Positions 6,716-9,054 of a DNA stretch of 9,054 nucleotides are shown here, one piece after another. This stretch comes from Azolla caroliniana. Lineage: Eukaryota; Plantae; Polypodiophyta. The DNA is taken from positions 1 to 9,054 of the forward strand of contig JBHGNT010001394.1 of assembly GCA_043228905.1 (NCBI GenBank), read 5' to 3'. The translations under genes were made by a program, and so were the position numbers. The notes below the pieces were generated by a model. The model was not told the origin of the DNA, searched no databases, and was given only the letters and a program-made list of their open reading frames with translations. Within the stretch, counting starts at the first letter, position 1. The number at the start of each line of letters is the position of its first letter.

Positions 6716-9054
6716 ATGGAAGAATTTTTCGGCGGCATGTTCAACCTCACCGGCTCCAACTACTTAGTGTGGAAGTCGAAGATGAGGGACATGCTAGTGG
6801 TTAAAGATCTTTGGTTGCCGGTTCAATTCGGGGACAATAGACATGATAAGATCAACGCCACGGTGTGGGAGGTGATGCACATGAAGACGACGACATACAT
6901 CCGGTGCTTCATCGACATGAGCATGTACAACAACTTCAATGAAGAGATCAAGGCTCGTGAACTCTGGGAGAAGATCGACATCATGTTCCAAAACGAGAAT
7001 GTCGTTAATTGGGTTTTGGTATTTCAGAAGCTAGTGAGGCTCTGGTACCAAGACGGCTCTAGTATGGCGGAGCACATGAATGCCTTCCAGGGGCTGATAC
7101 ACCAAGCAACCTCATTGGAAGTACCTCTCGCCGATGAGGTACTTGCTCTACTCCTGCTCGGTTCCTTCCCGGATAGCTGGGAGATGTTAGTTGTCATGTT
7201 GGGCAACGCCGGGCCGGAAGGAAAACAATTATCCCTAGCATGGGTCAAGTCGAGCTTGCTAGATGAGGAGGCACGTCGGAAAGACAAGGAGGTGAGCTTT
7301 GACGCCAAAGCCCTCCTTACCGAATCGGAACATGGAAGACAAAGGAATCAGAGTCCCCAGAACCGAGAAAAGTCGGGGACACAATCAAAGTCAAGGGGGA
7401 GGCCCACTTGCTTTTATTGCGGCAAGTCGGGGCACTTCCAAAAGAACTGTTGGCATTTCCGGAAGGACAAGGGAACTGACAATACCGATTCGAAGAAGTC
7501 ACCGAACCGAAACGGTTCGGATCGACGAGGCCTGGACCGAAAGGGAACGACGGCGATCGTGGCAAGTGAAGAAGAACTAATGCTTATTACCGAGGAGAGT
7601 GAGTTGAACCTTGCTGTCGACGAGACAACGTGGGTCGTCAATTTCGGAGCATCATTCTACCTTACCCCGGACCGGAAATGCTTCTCATCCTACACAACTG
7701 GTGAGCACGACTGTGTCCGCATGGGGAATGAAGGGACATGCCAAATTATCGGCATAGGAGATGTGTTGTTGACAACATCAACCAGATGCAAGTTGTTGTT
7801 GAAGGATGTCTGGCACGTTTCGGAGGTTTGACTGGACCTAATATCATCCGATCGGCTAGATGATGAAGGCTACACAAGTAGCATCCGGAACGGTGTCATG
7901 AAGTTCTGCAAAGAGAGCTTAATAATGGCTCGAGTCCAGAAGGTCAACACACTGTACTTGATGAATGCCCGGATATGAACGTAGCATCCAACACTACCGG
8001 TGAGCTTTGGCACAAAAGGTTGTGTCACATGAGTGAGAAGTGGATGAAGAGGCTTGCCGAAGACAACCTCATTCTGGTGAAGGACGTGCAACTTGAGAAG
8101 TGCACCGACTGCTTGGCCAACAAGCAAAACCGCACCTCCTTCCGGTCAAGACCACTAATGAGACGGAATGCACCACTGGAGCTGGTGCATACCGATGTGT
8201 GTCAAGTTGACACGAAGTCACATGCTAGATCGCAATACTTCATGACGTTCATAGATGACCACAATCGGAAGTTGTGGGTCTCACCGTTGAAGACGAAGGA
8301 TTAAGTGTTATCCATCTTCAAGGAGCTCCACGCGAGAGTGGAAAGAGAAATCGGTTGGAAGTTGAAAGCGGTTCGAGCAGATAATGGAGGAGAATACCTA
8401 GAGCAATTCGAGGAGTGTTGCCGGTCGAAGGGAATATGACTTCAATTCACCATGCCGAAGACGCCGGAACTAAACGGGTTGGCCGAAAGGATGAACCGGA
8501 CCATAATGGAGAGAGTCCAGAGCATGCTTGCACAGGCCAAGTTACCCAAGAAGTTTTGGGCTGAGGCGCTAACGACGGCGACCTATGTGATAAACAAATC
8601 ACCCTCAGTACCCTTGGACGGAGACTCACCGCAGAAAGTATGGACCGGTAAGGATTGTCTTATCGGCATCTAAAGGTGTTCAGGTGTCTCGCACACGTGC
8701 ATGTGGCGAAGGACAAGAGAGCAAAGTTGGATTCGAAGTCCCGGCCCTGCATATTCCTTGGATATGACGATGATGAGTTTGGTTACCGGGTGTGGGATCT
8801 GGTCGACAGAAAGGTGTTCCGGAGTCGGGACATAGTCTTCATGGAAGACAGGACCATTGCCAACTGGGAGTCGGAGAAGAAGGTAACGAACTCCGAATCA
8901 TCCATTGAAAACCGGCTTGAGGACAAAAGGACATACCCGGTTGAAAACCGGATGTTAGCCGGCAACCGGATGACACTCGACGAATTGGCCGGATTCGGAC
9001 AAGAAACTGAACCGACTGAAGAAGACACCGGAACTAGACAAGATCCCAAATCGG
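6716..9054 (+). pseudogene. Copia gag-pol polyprotein (gag, zinc knuckle, protease, GAG-pre-integrase, integrase, SH3-like region, linker), disrupted
   Basis: CFYCGKSGHFQKNC zinc knuckle; protease site WVVNFGASF (normally DSGA); LWHKRLCH...CTDC; integrase VHTDVC, RADNGGEY, NGLAERMNRT; then KLDSKSRPCIFLGY...GYRVWD...SRDIVF. Stops at 7829-7831, 8302-8304 and 8437-8439; frameshifts near 7975 and 8656. RT/RNase H lie outside the window. Confidence 0.95.

Larger units (their letters stand above)
6107..9054 (+). mobile_element. Ty1/copia LTR retrotransposon (Tork/Tnt1-Tto1-like), 5' part, inactivated; continues past window end
   Basis: LTR, PBS and the gag-PR-INT domain order typical of copia. The gag start MEEFFGGMFNLTGSNYLVWKSKMRDML resembles Tto1/Tork elements as I recall them; the lineage call is less certain than the copia call. 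Confidence 0.95.

Noticed and set aside
6794-9049. Several short antisense and alternate-frame ORFs within gag-pol
   Set aside because: Shadow ORFs of the GC-richer copia coding sequence.

Overview
Plant (eukaryotic) transposon-rich DNA; no intact host gene is evident. 1-~5380 looks like a decayed Mutator-like (MULE) DNA transposon carrying two minus-strand pseudogenes. One is the N-terminal FAR1/WRKY-type zinc-finger region of a probable transposase running off the left edge. The other is a hand-reconstructed six-exon gene (3340->1277, ~553 aa) fusing a C2H2-like zinc finger to a Ulp1/C48 SUMO-protease domain. Each gene is preceded by the same architecture: a cluster of a near-palindromic 12-bp motif (GGTYG-NN-CRACC), then a TATA box, then a telo-box. 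A heavily deleted copia relic (~3700-4660, minus strand) lies between the protease gene and its putative promoter. After a (CA)8/(AT)22 microsatellite, a Ty1/copia (Tork/Tnt1-Tto1-like) LTR retrotransposon begins at 6107. It has a 580-bp 5' LTR, a mutated PBS and gag-protease-integrase disrupted by stops and frameshifts, and continues past the right edge. All calls come from manual reading and motif recognition, not database searches.
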